IMG/VR virus record: IMGVR_UViG_3300026134_000002
Direction: 5' to 3' (one strand)
Source of the DNA: a virus
DNA: 27,939 nt
The notes beneath the pieces are model-generated. The model did no database searches. It was given only the letters and a program-made list of their open reading frames with translations, and was not told where the DNA came from. Every line of letters begins with the position of its first letter. Positions within the stretch are counted from its first letter, which is position 1. Below are positions 5,377-13,805 of the stretch, one piece after another. The position numbers and the translations under genes were made by a program.

Positions 5377-5640
5377 ATGCAGTACACAGAGATTGGCAAA
5401 GCAATCGCGGAGACCAGAAAAGCAAACGGGCTGACACAGCTTCAAGTCTGCGCGGAATTGGAACACGTGCGCGGGATGACACAGGGCCGCCTGTCACGGT
5501 TGGAGCGCGGCGAATGGCTACCTGTCGCTGGTCAGTTTGAACACCTACTAGCGGCGATCAAATGCACAGAAGAGCAAGCGCGCGCCCTGCGCTATCTTGC
5601 GGCGCAAGCATGCGAGAGGGAGAACCAGTGCCAAGAGTAA
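5377..5640 (+). CDS. XRE-family HTH transcriptional regulator (Cro/CI-like), 87 aa
   Basis: ATG 5377 is preceded by AGGAGGG. The segment GLTQLQVCAELEHVRGMTQGRLSRLERGE fits the HTH_3 pattern. The gene is divergent from the recombination operon. Confidence 0.8.
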   Translation: MQYTEIGKAIAETRKANGLTQLQVCAELEHVRGMTQGRLSRLERGEWLPVAGQFEHLLAAIKCTEEQARALRYLAAQACERENQCQE

Positions 5641-6128
5641 ACCCATTCTACAAATCAATGCTTGAAGATAATTGGGTGTTGAGGCACGAAGACACGATCC
5701 CGATCGTTCCTCAACCCAAGCAAAGACCGCGCACGGTTAGACGCGGCGGCAAGATGATCACACGCACACCGCAAAGGACGATCGATTATGAGAAGGCGAT
5801 CGCGCGTTGGATTGTTCATTCGTACACAGTGCGCCAGCGAGTCATTGCGCAACGTCTGGAGCCTGTGAAGCTGGAGGTTCTGTGCGTGTTTGCACGTCCC
5901 CAGCGCAAACGCAGAGCGGTCGATCCGGGCGCCTATCTGTGGCGCGTTGGTAGACCAGATGCGAGCAACCTACTCAAAGCGATCGAAGATGGGATCGAAA
6001 AAGCAAAGGTCATTCTTGAAGACGATGCGCAGTTTGTGGATGTACGCCTGCAAAAAGTCTACGGGGACAAAGAGCAGACGCCAGAGATTAAGATATGGAT
6101 CTATACGCTGGGAGGGGATGAAGAGTGA
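5628..6128 (+). CDS. rusA: RusA-family Holliday junction resolvase
   Basis: The segment RPDASNLLKAIEDGIEKAKVILEDDAQFVDVRLQK fits the RusA acidic catalytic motif (PDxDN..K...D......DD). GTG 5628 is preceded by GAGGGAG. ATG 5610 is an alternative start. Confidence 0.75.
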   Translation: MPRVNPFYKSMLEDNWVLRHEDTIPIVPQPKQRPRTVRRGGKMITRTPQRTIDYEKAIARWIVHSYTVRQRVIAQRLEPVKLEVLCVFARPQRKRRAVDPGAYLWRVGRPDASNLLKAIEDGIEKAKVILEDDAQFVDVRLQKVYGDKEQTPEIKIWIYTLGGDEE

Positions 6129-7021
6129 AGCAATGGCTACCAATCCCCATTAGCGAGATCGAGAAGATAGACAACGATAGGCGCCTGACAGACACACCAG
6201 CGTCTACCCTTGACGGCTTCGCTTTTGCCTACCTGAAATCGTACAGGGGCGCGCCGCTGAGTCAGCGCCAATTAGCACAGTGGGCGGGCTGGTCAAAGCG
6301 CAAAGCAACTGACGTTTTGAACGCTGTACAGCAGTGCCAGCAATCATGGGCGGACCAAAAGCGATCCAAAAACGGACCAGCAGTGGGTACCAAAAATGAA
6401 CCAGATCAATCTAACGATCCCGCACAGTTAGCAGACAGCGCGGACCAAGAACGGACCAGATCCGGACCAGATCCGATCCAAAAACGGACCGATCGCGCGC
6501 GATCTTATTCTCTACAATTACAATTAGATCCACAATTAGATAATTATGATCATGCCGGGACCAGTCCCGACAGTGTACCTATTGAAGAGAAACCAAAGCC
6601 AAAGCGCAAAGCACAGAAGACCGTAGGCACAAAGCGAACCCGCGCACTGTGGGCAGAGCTAAATGAAAGACGGAAAGAGAGGCGACCAGGAGCGCAGACG
6701 CTCAAGCTGTCGCCAGGTATTCACAACGCGCTGAATGAAACGCTCAAGTGGGCAAAAGAGGCGGAGATTCTCCGCGCGTACGAATGGTTCACGACCAGCA
6801 AAGATGCTGAATGGTGGCAAGATAAAGGGTGCGATATGTCGGTGTTCTGCCGAAAGAAGCACCTCGATAACTTTATTAGTCGATCGGCAGAATGGAACCC
6901 ACAGCAAGAACAGCACCACACAGGGCCCGACTTGATGGACCTTGACGACAGCCAATTTGACGAGGACGGCAACATTATCGAATTTCAACCGAACAGGAGC
7001 GGCACCAATGGCAACGAATGA
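6125..7021 (+). CDS. Putative replication initiator (lambda O-like architecture) containing the origin
   Basis: The GTG start overlaps the rusA stop (GTGA) and is preceded by a GGGAGGGG RBS. The N-terminal HTH-like region is LSQRQLAQWAGWSKRKATDVL. A low-complexity linker is encoded by the iteron array. The gene sits between rusA and a loader-like gene. Confidence 0.5.
   Translation: MKQWLPIPISEIEKIDNDRRLTDTPASTLDGFAFAYLKSYRGAPLSQRQLAQWAGWSKRKATDVLNAVQQCQQSWADQKRSKNGPAVGTKNEPDQSNDPAQLADSADQERTRSGPDPIQKRTDRARSYSLQLQLDPQLDNYDHAGTSPDSVPIEEKPKPKRKAQKTVGTKRTRALWAELNERRKERRPGAQTLKLSPGIHNALNETLKWAKEAEILRAYEWFTTSKDAEWWQDKGCDMSVFCRKKHLDNFISRSAEWNPQQEQHHTGPDLMDLDDSQFDEDGNIIEFQPNRSGTNGNE
6349..6565. promoter_or_regulatory. 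Candidate origin of replication: six CGGACC(A) iterons, a 14-bp GATC-ended palindrome and an AT-rich block
   Basis: CGGACC occurs at 6351, 6373, 6441, 6452, 6463 and 6485, with spacings of 22, 68, 11, 11 and 22. The 16-mer GATCCAAAAACGGACC is exact at 6363 and 6475. The palindrome GATCGCGCGCGATC is at 6491-6504. An AT-rich stretch with ACAATTA repeats spans 6505-6552, and a degenerate copy GGGACCAG lies at 6557-6564. Confidence 0.6.
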
Positions 7022-7574
7022 AACGATCCACAGAATGCTTGAGCGCATCGCGAGCAACTACAGCAAGCATGACAAGTGGGCCAAAGACAACGCGCCTACA
7101 TGGACACACAGCCTCAAGAACTACCCCGATCGGCTGGTCATCATGGCGTGTAAGAAGTGGATCGCAGAGCACACCAGAGCGCCAAACATCGCGAACATTC
7201 GCGGCATTATCGCCGGATTCCCTAGCAAGCTTGAAACACCTAAGCCCAAAGGGTGCCGACGCTGTGACGGCTCAGGGCGTGTAGAGGTAGCCCACGAAAA
7301 GAGTGACAAAAATGGCAACGCGCCCACAATCACTGTGTACTCTGCCGCCTGTATGTGCCCTGCTGGAGAGCGCCTGTCAGCCGGTGCATATCAGCCATGG
7401 GAGCCATTCGTTAAGGCGCTTAAGGCCGATCCGTATACGCTGTCTGTCTATCACTCGACACCCGAGAAACCTTTTTTGTCTGAGCGTGAAAGATGGACGG
7501 TGGAGCAATTGGAGCAACGCGAACAGCGCCAACGTGCTAACCTGGGATCGTCGGGATTCCGGCACATCCGCTAA
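7008..7574 (+). CDS. Putative helicase-loader-like protein: G39P-like N-terminal domain plus a Cys-rich CxxCxGxG zinc module
   Basis: ATG 7008 is preceded by AGGAG. The segment NYPDRLVIMACKKWIAEHTRAPNIANIRGII resembles the G39P-type loader signature (..KFPPTIAEIR). It is followed by CRRCDGSGRVEV...CMCPAG. Confidence 0.4.
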   Translation: MATNETIHRMLERIASNYSKHDKWAKDNAPTWTHSLKNYPDRLVIMACKKWIAEHTRAPNIANIRGIIAGFPSKLETPKPKGCRRCDGSGRVEVAHEKSDKNGNAPTITVYSAACMCPAGERLSAGAYQPWEPFVKALKADPYTLSVYHSTPEKPFLSERERWTVEQLEQREQRQRANLGSSGFRHIR

Positions 7575-7587
7575 CCTATGGCGACAA

Positions 7588-8058
7588 ATGGGAAGAGGTA
7601 GAAAAACAAAATGCACCAAGCAAACGATCGAGCGGGTAGCCGCTGGTCTTCGGCTGGGTATGACACATGAGCTGGCTGCACAGTACGGCGGGATCTCACA
7701 CAATGCGTTTTATCGGTATTTGAAGCTGGGTTCTCAGCCAGACGCGCAGAAATGCTACCGTGATTTTTGTGAGGCCATAAAAGCGGCCGAGGCTGACAAC
7801 GCGGCCCGGTGCTTACTGGCTATTGATGACGCGGCTAGTGACGGCTCATGGCAGGCGGCGGCTTGGATGCTGGAGCGGCGGCACAGGTACGTCAAGCAGC
7901 AGGCGATCCATCTTGAAACGCACAGAGAACCGGAAATGGAAGTGGTAGACCCCACAGCGGAAGACGGACGAGCGATGGTGATCGAGCATGTCTCACAACT
8001 ACCGGAGGATCTGATTATTGCGGCGCTGAATCTCAAGAACGCCAGTAACGCTAAGTAA
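7588..8058 (+). CDS. terS: Terminase small subunit, 156 aa
   Basis: The translation begins MGRGRKTKCTKQTIERVAAGLRLGMTHELAAQYGGISHNAFYRYL, an N-terminal HTH. The motif SWQAAAWMLERR is typical of TerS proteins. The gene lies immediately upstream of terL. The ORF-track 5' extension to 7303 overlaps the previous gene and is rejected. Confidence 0.65.
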   Translation: MGRGRKTKCTKQTIERVAAGLRLGMTHELAAQYGGISHNAFYRYLKLGSQPDAQKCYRDFCEAIKAAEADNAARCLLAIDDAASDGSWQAAAWMLERRHRYVKQQAIHLETHREPEMEVVDPTAEDGRAMVIEHVSQLPEDLIIAALNLKNASNAK

Positions 8059-9456
8059 ATGTTCGATCTGTCTTTGATTGCTCGCGTAGCTGAGCAGATA
8101 GCGAACGATCCCCTGTACACCTACGAGCATGCACAGCCGGGCGAAGGTGGCATGTCACCAGCACAGCGGGCGGTCCATGCGTCACAGCACAGCAGGCGGC
8201 TCGCCATAGGTGGAAACCAGATCGGGAAGTCGCGAGTGATAGCGGCCGAGGCTTGGTGGCTGTCTTTGGGCCGTCATCCGTTCAGACCGTCACCGGGGCC
8301 GGGCTCGCTGGGTTGGATTGTATGTGCAGACCTGCGCGCCGGGTGGCCAAACATATCGCGCAAGATGCGAGAAATAGAACCGCCGGGCGTACTGGATGAG
8401 CGGTGCAAGTATGACGATGCACGCGGGTATACGTTCATGGGTTCCAAGATGGTACGCACAAAGCGGGGCGCGCTGATAGTCGGCAAGAGCGGAACACAGG
8501 AACTAATCGCGCTGTCCGGGGCTACCATTGACTGGCTTTTATTCGATGAGGTGCCCAAGCAAGCCCATTTTAGCGAAGCTCGATCGCGTCTCGCTGTGAA
8601 GGGCGGGCCGTGTCTTATGGGCTTTACTCCCATCGGGCGCCCGGTAGACTGGCTGCGCGATCATACTGAGGGCAACCCACAGACCGGCGAAGACCCGCGC
8701 GAGGCCTGGGACATTCAGCGGATCATTCTATCAGCGGAGAATTGTCCACACAGAACACCGGAAGATATCGAGGCACAGATCGCCAGCTATGGACCATGGG
8801 AGTATCAGCAGCGCGTATTAGCAAAATGGATCGGGGTATCGGCTGAGCGATGGATACCAGGCTTCACAGAGGCCAGCGTGTTTGATGATGACAGCGCACC
8901 AGCACAGGTAGAGTCTGTGGGCTTAGGCTGGGACCACGGGGAACGGCCCGGATCGTCTGTGTGTTACTTGGTGGCCATGTCCCGAGATCGTTTGTATGTG
9001 CTGGGTGAGGTAGTGAGCAAAGAGCGGAACACGCCCAAAGCAGAAGCGGTTGCTGTGGCTGCTATGTGTGCCAGGTGGGGTGTAAAGCTGCAACACATCG
9101 AGCACGCCAGAGGGGACAGCAACAGCGCAGGGCGCATGGGCTTGGGCCTGTCGGTCAACGATATGCTTGAGCGCGCGTTTGCTGATCTGGTAGGGTCCAG
9201 CCGTCCACCATTCCCGATCCGGGTACCGTACAAGGGACGAGGCAGTATCAAAGCCAGGGCGCGTATGCTGAACGCTGCAGCGTTAGATGGGCGCTTCTTT
9301 GTGCACCAAGACTGCGCGGCTCTGATACACTCGCTGCGACACTGGCGCGGAGAAAACAACGATCTCAAACATCCATACGATGCGGTCAGCTACATCGCGG
9401 ATGTATACCTGCAGGCAGACCACGGCAGCGACCATGGTAGGCTAATCATCAGTTAG
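8059..9456 (+). CDS. terL: Terminase large subunit, 465 aa
   Basis: The Walker A-like motif is GGNQIGKS and the Walker B-like motif is WLLFDEVP. Acidic residues consistent with a C-terminal RNaseH-like nuclease are present (GLGWDHG, ARGDSN, YDAVSY). The gene lies upstream of the portal gene. Confidence 0.85.
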   Translation: MFDLSLIARVAEQIANDPLYTYEHAQPGEGGMSPAQRAVHASQHSRRLAIGGNQIGKSRVIAAEAWWLSLGRHPFRPSPGPGSLGWIVCADLRAGWPNISRKMREIEPPGVLDERCKYDDARGYTFMGSKMVRTKRGALIVGKSGTQELIALSGATIDWLLFDEVPKQAHFSEARSRLAVKGGPCLMGFTPIGRPVDWLRDHTEGNPQTGEDPREAWDIQRIILSAENCPHRTPEDIEAQIASYGPWEYQQRVLAKWIGVSAERWIPGFTEASVFDDDSAPAQVESVGLGWDHGERPGSSVCYLVAMSRDRLYVLGEVVSKERNTPKAEAVAVAAMCARWGVKLQHIEHARGDSNSAGRMGLGLSVNDMLERAFADLVGSSRPPFPIRVPYKGRGSIKARARMLNAAALDGRFFVHQDCAALIHSLRHWRGENNDLKHPYDAVSYIADVYLQADHGSDHGRLIIS

Positions 9457-9464
9457 GAGGGGAC

Positions 9465-9665
9465 ATGCCCAAAGCAAAGACCACAAAAGCAAAAGAGCCA
9501 GAGGCAGAGATCGCGCCGGGCTCTGTGTTGATCGTCAAGCTCGCAAAGGGCAAGACCCAGCCCAAACCACCGCCAGGTGTTAGCGTGTGGGTGATGGAAG
9601 ACGATCAGATGGTACTAACTGCCGCCGATATGCATGCACGCGGCTGGGTAAAACGGAAGTATTAG
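9465..9665 (+). CDS. Hypothetical small basic protein, 66 aa
   Basis: A strong GGAGG RBS precedes ATG 9465. The gene sits between terL and the portal gene. I recognise no family. Confidence 0.55.
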   Translation: MPKAKTTKAKEPEAEIAPGSVLIVKLAKGKTQPKPPPGVSVWVMEDDQMVLTAADMHARGWVKRKY

Positions 9666-11117
9666 ATGTACAGCGCACCGAGCCACATACAGCCAGAGGC
9701 CCCAGAGGACCGCGATCGATGGAAGGAGCAAGCGCTTCGTTACAGGCTACTGACTGGTGCACACATCGAGGATCTGCGCGATGAGTTGCGGCGGTTGTTT
9801 GCGCGAGAGATAGCGGCCGATCTGGAGTTCCATCCGGATATGTCCCGCAATCCTTTGCGAATGATCGTGCAGCAACTGGCGAACCTGTATGCGGAACCGC
9901 CCAAGGTACAGACACAGGATCGAGAGCTTGACCTATCGCCAATCGTTACGGCTCGCCTGTGGTCGCTGCAACAGCAGACAGAGATCCTCACCCTGGGAAT
10001 CAATGAAGCTGTGGTGCGCGTAGATTTTGAGTGGTGGCGAGGAGCAACAGAGGCCACCTATCGGCCCATCTCGCCCGATCTGATTGTAGCCAGGCCAGAC
10101 CCGTCACGGCCCGATCAACCGATCGCTGTCGAAGAGCTTAGGCCGCGTGTGAAGCCTGGAACATATGACAAGGTTTGGACGTGGGATGTTTACGATCTGA
10201 GCGACCCAGATGCGCCAGTGTTCCGCATCGATGCCATCAGCGACAAGGGCACGAGATACGATGCAACGGCTGAGTATGCGCCGGATCTTGTGGGCTCCTA
10301 TCCGTATATGCACGATGGGGCGCCTGTGCTGCCGTATGTCATCTATCACAAGCGGGTAGGTGCTGGCCTGTGGTCATACAGGGACGGGGTAGAACTTGTG
10401 CGCGGGTCTTTGCGTCTGGCTGCGCTGTGGTCTCACTGGTGCGATGGATACCAAAGCTGCGCGCATCCGCAGCGGTACGCGCTGGACGTAGACACACAGG
10501 CGGGATTGACCAGATCGATCGGCGGCGTGTCTGTCGATGTGGTGCCTATTGATCGTAAATCGATCTTAAAGTTCAGATCAGCCGGACCCGGTACTGGTTC
10601 GATCGGTGCCCTGCAGCCATCAATGGAGCCACGAAGCGCGGCGGAATCGCTTAAGATATACGCTCATGGCCTGGCGGTCTATGCTGGCCTCAACCCCAGC
10701 GACCTACAGACGACAGCGGGCCAGAGTGGTTACGCGATCGTGGTAGCGCGCGAGGGTATGCGGCGCGTGATGAAAGCGCGCGAACCATCATTCGCAGCGT
10801 CCGATCGTCTGCTGTTGGCTACTGCTGCAAAGCTGGCGAACGCATACGGGGGCCAGTCTCTGCCGGTTGATCCTGCTGACTACTCGATCGAGTATCGAGG
10901 AGCCAAAGAGAGCGACACAGAACGCAAAGCCCGCGCGGAGATGGTTAAGGCAGAACTAGAGATGGGGCTCATCTCAAAGGTAGACGCCCTGCGCGCACTA
11001 CATCCAGAGATCGAAAGTGACGAAGAGGCGATCGAGCGGTTGATCCGTGTTGATCGTCTTGCTCAAATACTCAACACGCCAACGGCAGGCGAACCACAGC
11101 CGGAAGGGGACCAATGA
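9666..11117 (+). CDS. Portal protein, 483 aa
   Basis: The call rests on size and on position directly after terL and before the scaffold and capsid genes. The C-terminus is acidic. No specific motif is claimed. Confidence 0.7.
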   Translation: MYSAPSHIQPEAPEDRDRWKEQALRYRLLTGAHIEDLRDELRRLFAREIAADLEFHPDMSRNPLRMIVQQLANLYAEPPKVQTQDRELDLSPIVTARLWSLQQQTEILTLGINEAVVRVDFEWWRGATEATYRPISPDLIVARPDPSRPDQPIAVEELRPRVKPGTYDKVWTWDVYDLSDPDAPVFRIDAISDKGTRYDATAEYAPDLVGSYPYMHDGAPVLPYVIYHKRVGAGLWSYRDGVELVRGSLRLAALWSHWCDGYQSCAHPQRYALDVDTQAGLTRSIGGVSVDVVPIDRKSILKFRSAGPGTGSIGALQPSMEPRSAAESLKIYAHGLAVYAGLNPSDLQTTAGQSGYAIVVAREGMRRVMKAREPSFAASDRLLLATAAKLANAYGGQSLPVDPADYSIEYRGAKESDTERKARAEMVKAELEMGLISKVDALRALHPEIESDEEAIERLIRVDRLAQILNTPTAGEPQPEGDQ

Positions 11118-11773
11118 GCGACGAAGCAAACACAGAAGCGGCACCCGTGCAGAACGGAGCGAGCAAGCATCACAGCAACGGAACAAACGAGCCCGCGCAG
11201 GTGCCATCATTCCGATTGCGGGAAGAGTCAGACCGCCGCCGCGCTGCAGAGACACGCGCACAGCAGCTTGAGCAACAACTGACACAACTGCAGGGTGAGT
11301 ACGAAAAAGCTAAGGCCGGGCTCGGTCAGATTCAAAGCCAGCACGGACAAGACATGCATCTAATCGGCTTGGGCTTTCAAGCTCAGAGCGTGCGTCGTTT
11401 CTTTCGTCGCGAGTATTCGGACAGCGTAGCAGAACTGCAGCCAGACCAGCGGCCCACCTTTGAGGATTGGCTAACAGCCTCCAAAGATGATCCCCTGTAC
11501 TCGGTGCACTTTGAGCGCATCAAGCCAACTGCAACAGCTCAGGCAGAACCAGAACCAGCACCACAGACACAGGGCGCAGATGCTTTGTTGGCTGCAGTGC
11601 GGCAGGCTTTGGATGCAAACCCGAATAGCGGCGCCGCAACACCAGCAGCGCACACCGGGCGCCAGTTCTCAACCGATGAGATCGAGGCTATACGCGGCAA
11701 ACATTCCGGCTCGCTGGGCGCACACAAGGAGTCAATTCTTGCCACTTTGCGCGCAGAGGGGCTAATCAAGTAA
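11114..11773 (+). CDS. Scaffolding protein, 219 aa
   Basis: It has an ATGA overlap with the portal gene. The protein is Gln/Glu/Ala-rich with a coiled-coil segment (RRRAAETRAQQLEQQLTQLQGEYEKAKAGL). It lies immediately upstream of the major capsid gene, and no protease gene is present. Confidence 0.6.
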   Translation: MSDEANTEAAPVQNGASKHHSNGTNEPAQVPSFRLREESDRRRAAETRAQQLEQQLTQLQGEYEKAKAGLGQIQSQHGQDMHLIGLGFQAQSVRRFFRREYSDSVAELQPDQRPTFEDWLTASKDDPLYSVHFERIKPTATAQAEPEPAPQTQGADALLAAVRQALDANPNSGAATPAAHTGRQFSTDEIEAIRGKHSGSLGAHKESILATLRAEGLIK

Positions 11774-11883
11774 GGGTTGCGATATTTGATCGCACAATAG
11801 ACAATAAATCCAGAGCACGCGGCCCGCCGATCCGTCATTTGGTGAACGCTCAATAATCACTAACCATATTTGAGGTTTTAAAA

Positions 11884-12819
11884 ATGGCTGACGAAATCAC
11901 CTTTACCGGGCTGTCTTCTGACGGCGGCCGTGTCGCTTCTGTTCTTTCTGCGCTTCTCTTTGAGAAGATCCACGATCCCACCGATCTGCGCGCTGTGATG
12001 ACTGAGGTACCCTGGCAACAAATCGGATCGGATACCATGAGCGTCACGCTCGATGGTGCCCCCGGTGCCTTTGCTGCTGCATCTTCTGAAACATCTGGCG
12101 GCAGACCCAACAGCGCCTATGGTTCTGGCAGCTTTGATCTGCAGATTGCGCGCTATCTGCGGAAGTATCAGATGTCGGATCTGTTTGGCGTTACAGGCGG
12201 TCCCATTGATGCTGCCGCTATCGTGCAGACGCTGGCTGACGGTGTAGGCCTGACCATGACAGACCTACTCTGCAACCTGTTTGGGTCTCTGTCTACATCA
12301 CAAACCGGAACAGATATGACTGTTGATGTCTTTCTGTCTTCGATGTTTTCGCTGAACCTGGCAAACGCGCCCAGCACTGCCGATGCTCCTTACAGTTGCG
12401 TCCTATCACCAAAGCAAGTCAACCAGTTGCGAAGCTCGATCCGCAATGAGGACGCTGGATCGTATATCCAGTATCAAGCGGAAACCGGCACTATCACAAA
12501 GGCGAATGCGCCAGGCTATCAAGGACAATTCCACGGTGTGGACATTTGGCAAAGCGACAGTATCGCAACCGTCGACGCGGCTGCACACTTTGCGGGCGCT
12601 ATGTTCGCCAAGGATTGTTTTGCTTATACAATGGCGCCTGTCCGCGCTTTGTCTGGTGCGCACGTTCCAGCATCAAACATCTTGATCGATGCTGGAGAAC
12701 TTTTGGTCGAGTTGTCCAGGGACGCTGACAACGGCTTGACGTCTGCAGTTGCGTCTATGTTTGTCGGGGTGAGTGAAGCACAAGACGCCCTGGGCGTTCT
12801 TATCAAGTCTGACGTGTAG
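11884..12819 (+). CDS. Major capsid protein, 311 aa
   Basis: The call rests on position after the scaffold gene, on size, on a GAGG RBS, and on the strong intrinsic terminator that follows, which is typical of a highly expressed capsid gene. Confidence 0.7.
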   Translation: MADEITFTGLSSDGGRVASVLSALLFEKIHDPTDLRAVMTEVPWQQIGSDTMSVTLDGAPGAFAAASSETSGGRPNSAYGSGSFDLQIARYLRKYQMSDLFGVTGGPIDAAAIVQTLADGVGLTMTDLLCNLFGSLSTSQTGTDMTVDVFLSSMFSLNLANAPSTADAPYSCVLSPKQVNQLRSSIRNEDAGSYIQYQAETGTITKANAPGYQGQFHGVDIWQSDSIATVDAAAHFAGAMFAKDCFAYTMAPVRALSGAHVPASNILIDAGELLVELSRDADNGLTSAVASMFVGVSEAQDALGVLIKSDV

Positions 12820-12831
12820 TCTGACATCTAA

Positions 12832-12868
12832 GGGGGCGCCGTTACCTGTTGCGGCGTCCCCGTTTTTT
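12832..12868 (+). terminator. Rho-independent terminator downstream of the major capsid gene
   Basis: A 10-bp GC-rich stem (GGGGGCGCCG / CGGCGTCCCC, one G-U pair) encloses a 10-nt loop and is followed by a T6 run at 12863-12868. Confidence 0.75.
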
Positions 12869-12881
12869 CAAAGGGGAAACC

Positions 12882-13571
12882 ATGAGCCAGCCGATCCAAT
12901 TGACCCAGCCCAAGCGGGACGTTCAAACCGTAGAAACCCGTACTGGTCTACCTACACACAAACAACGCCCACAGGCGCGTTTTGTCTATGTCGTTTATCC
13001 CAAGTCATGGGAATTTGATCCGGTTCACGGCTTTTTGCCTGTGCTCTGTCGCTTGACCGCCAAACCAGGCTGCAACGGTGTAGACGGGCGAGGGAATCTG
13101 TCGCGGCCTATTGCGAGTGCACAAACAAAGGGTGGCACCTACATTGATCCCAAAGATACCCGGCTGGGTCCATATATGGACTACGTGCAGTATTATGACA
13201 CCGACACGGGCGGGCGCTGGTACGTTGATTTCTGCGCTAAGGCAACCGTGCTGACCAGCGGCGAAATTATTTGGAACAACAAAGAGAGCCAAACAGAGTT
13301 TGCAGAGTTCCGCGCACACCTAAGAGATTCCGGCATTGTTCCGGCGCTACTGCCCGAGATTTTTGAATGGCTAGTAAGAAGAGAAGAGGAATCTGCCGCG
13401 CATCTTCTTAGTCGGTCCAGCGCACAGCCTCACCTGACAAAGCGATACGAAGAGCAGATCGAAAAGATCGAAGCAATGCGCGCAGCGTGGGCAAAGATGC
13501 AAGGCACAAAGACAGCCGCAAAAGGCGCAACACCTAAGCGCAAAAAGAGCGCGAATATCATCGAGGGGTAG
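12882..13571 (+). CDS. Hypothetical head-module protein, 229 aa
   Basis: ATG 12882 follows a GGGGA RBS, so the ORF-track start at 12849 falls inside the terminator. The C-terminus is a Lys-rich helix. I recognise no family. Confidence 0.6.
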   Translation: MSQPIQLTQPKRDVQTVETRTGLPTHKQRPQARFVYVVYPKSWEFDPVHGFLPVLCRLTAKPGCNGVDGRGNLSRPIASAQTKGGTYIDPKDTRLGPYMDYVQYYDTDTGGRWYVDFCAKATVLTSGEIIWNNKESQTEFAEFRAHLRDSGIVPALLPEIFEWLVRREEESAAHLLSRSSAQPHLTKRYEEQIEKIEAMRAAWAKMQGTKTAAKGATPKRKKSANIIEG

Positions 13572-13574
13572 ACC

Positions 13575-13805
13575 ATGAAAGCCACGAAAGAAGCGATCAC
13601 AACAGCAGACAAGGCCCTAACAGCGGCTGCCTATGCTGTACGCAAAGCAAAGACCGATCCCAGCAATCGCGCTGATTGGCTGAGTGCAGCCGGTGACAGT
13701 ATCGCCGCCGCTGCAGCAGCAGTAAAGACAGCGAGCGCACCAGCGCCCAAGCCCGCAAAGCCCAAAGCGGCAGCAAAGAAGACAGCCGCAAAGGGTAAAA
13801 AATGA
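13575..13805 (+). CDS. Small Ala/Lys-rich protein, 76 aa, with a histone-H1-like AKP tail
   Basis: A GAGGGG RBS precedes the start. The C-terminus is ASAPAPKPAKPKAAAKKTAAKGKK. Confidence 0.55.
   Translation: MKATKEAITTADKALTAAAYAVRKAKTDPSNRADWLSAAGDSIAAAAAAVKTASAPAPKPAKPKAAAKKTAAKGKK

Noticed and set aside
5562-5627. Upstream ATG 5562 as the rusA start
   Set aside because: It would overlap the XRE gene by 79 nt and lacks an RBS. GTG 5628 has a well-spaced GAGGGAG.
5796-5803. Cyanobacterial HIP1 octamer GCGATCGC as a genome-wide repeat
   Set aside because: My scan found only this one full octamer. The enriched element is the CGATCG/GATC core, so I do not claim HIP1, and any cyanobacterial host assignment stays a weak inference.
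6349-6504. CGGACC repeat array as a CRISPR-like or transposon-end feature
   Set aside because: The repeats are 6-16 bp with 11-bp phasing, lie inside an intact ORF and are followed by an AT-rich block. That fits iterons, not a spacer array or terminal inverted repeats.
7303-7587. In-frame 95-codon 5' extension of the terS ORF
   Set aside because: It overlaps almost half of the preceding loader-like gene. The recognisable TerS HTH begins right after ATG 7588.
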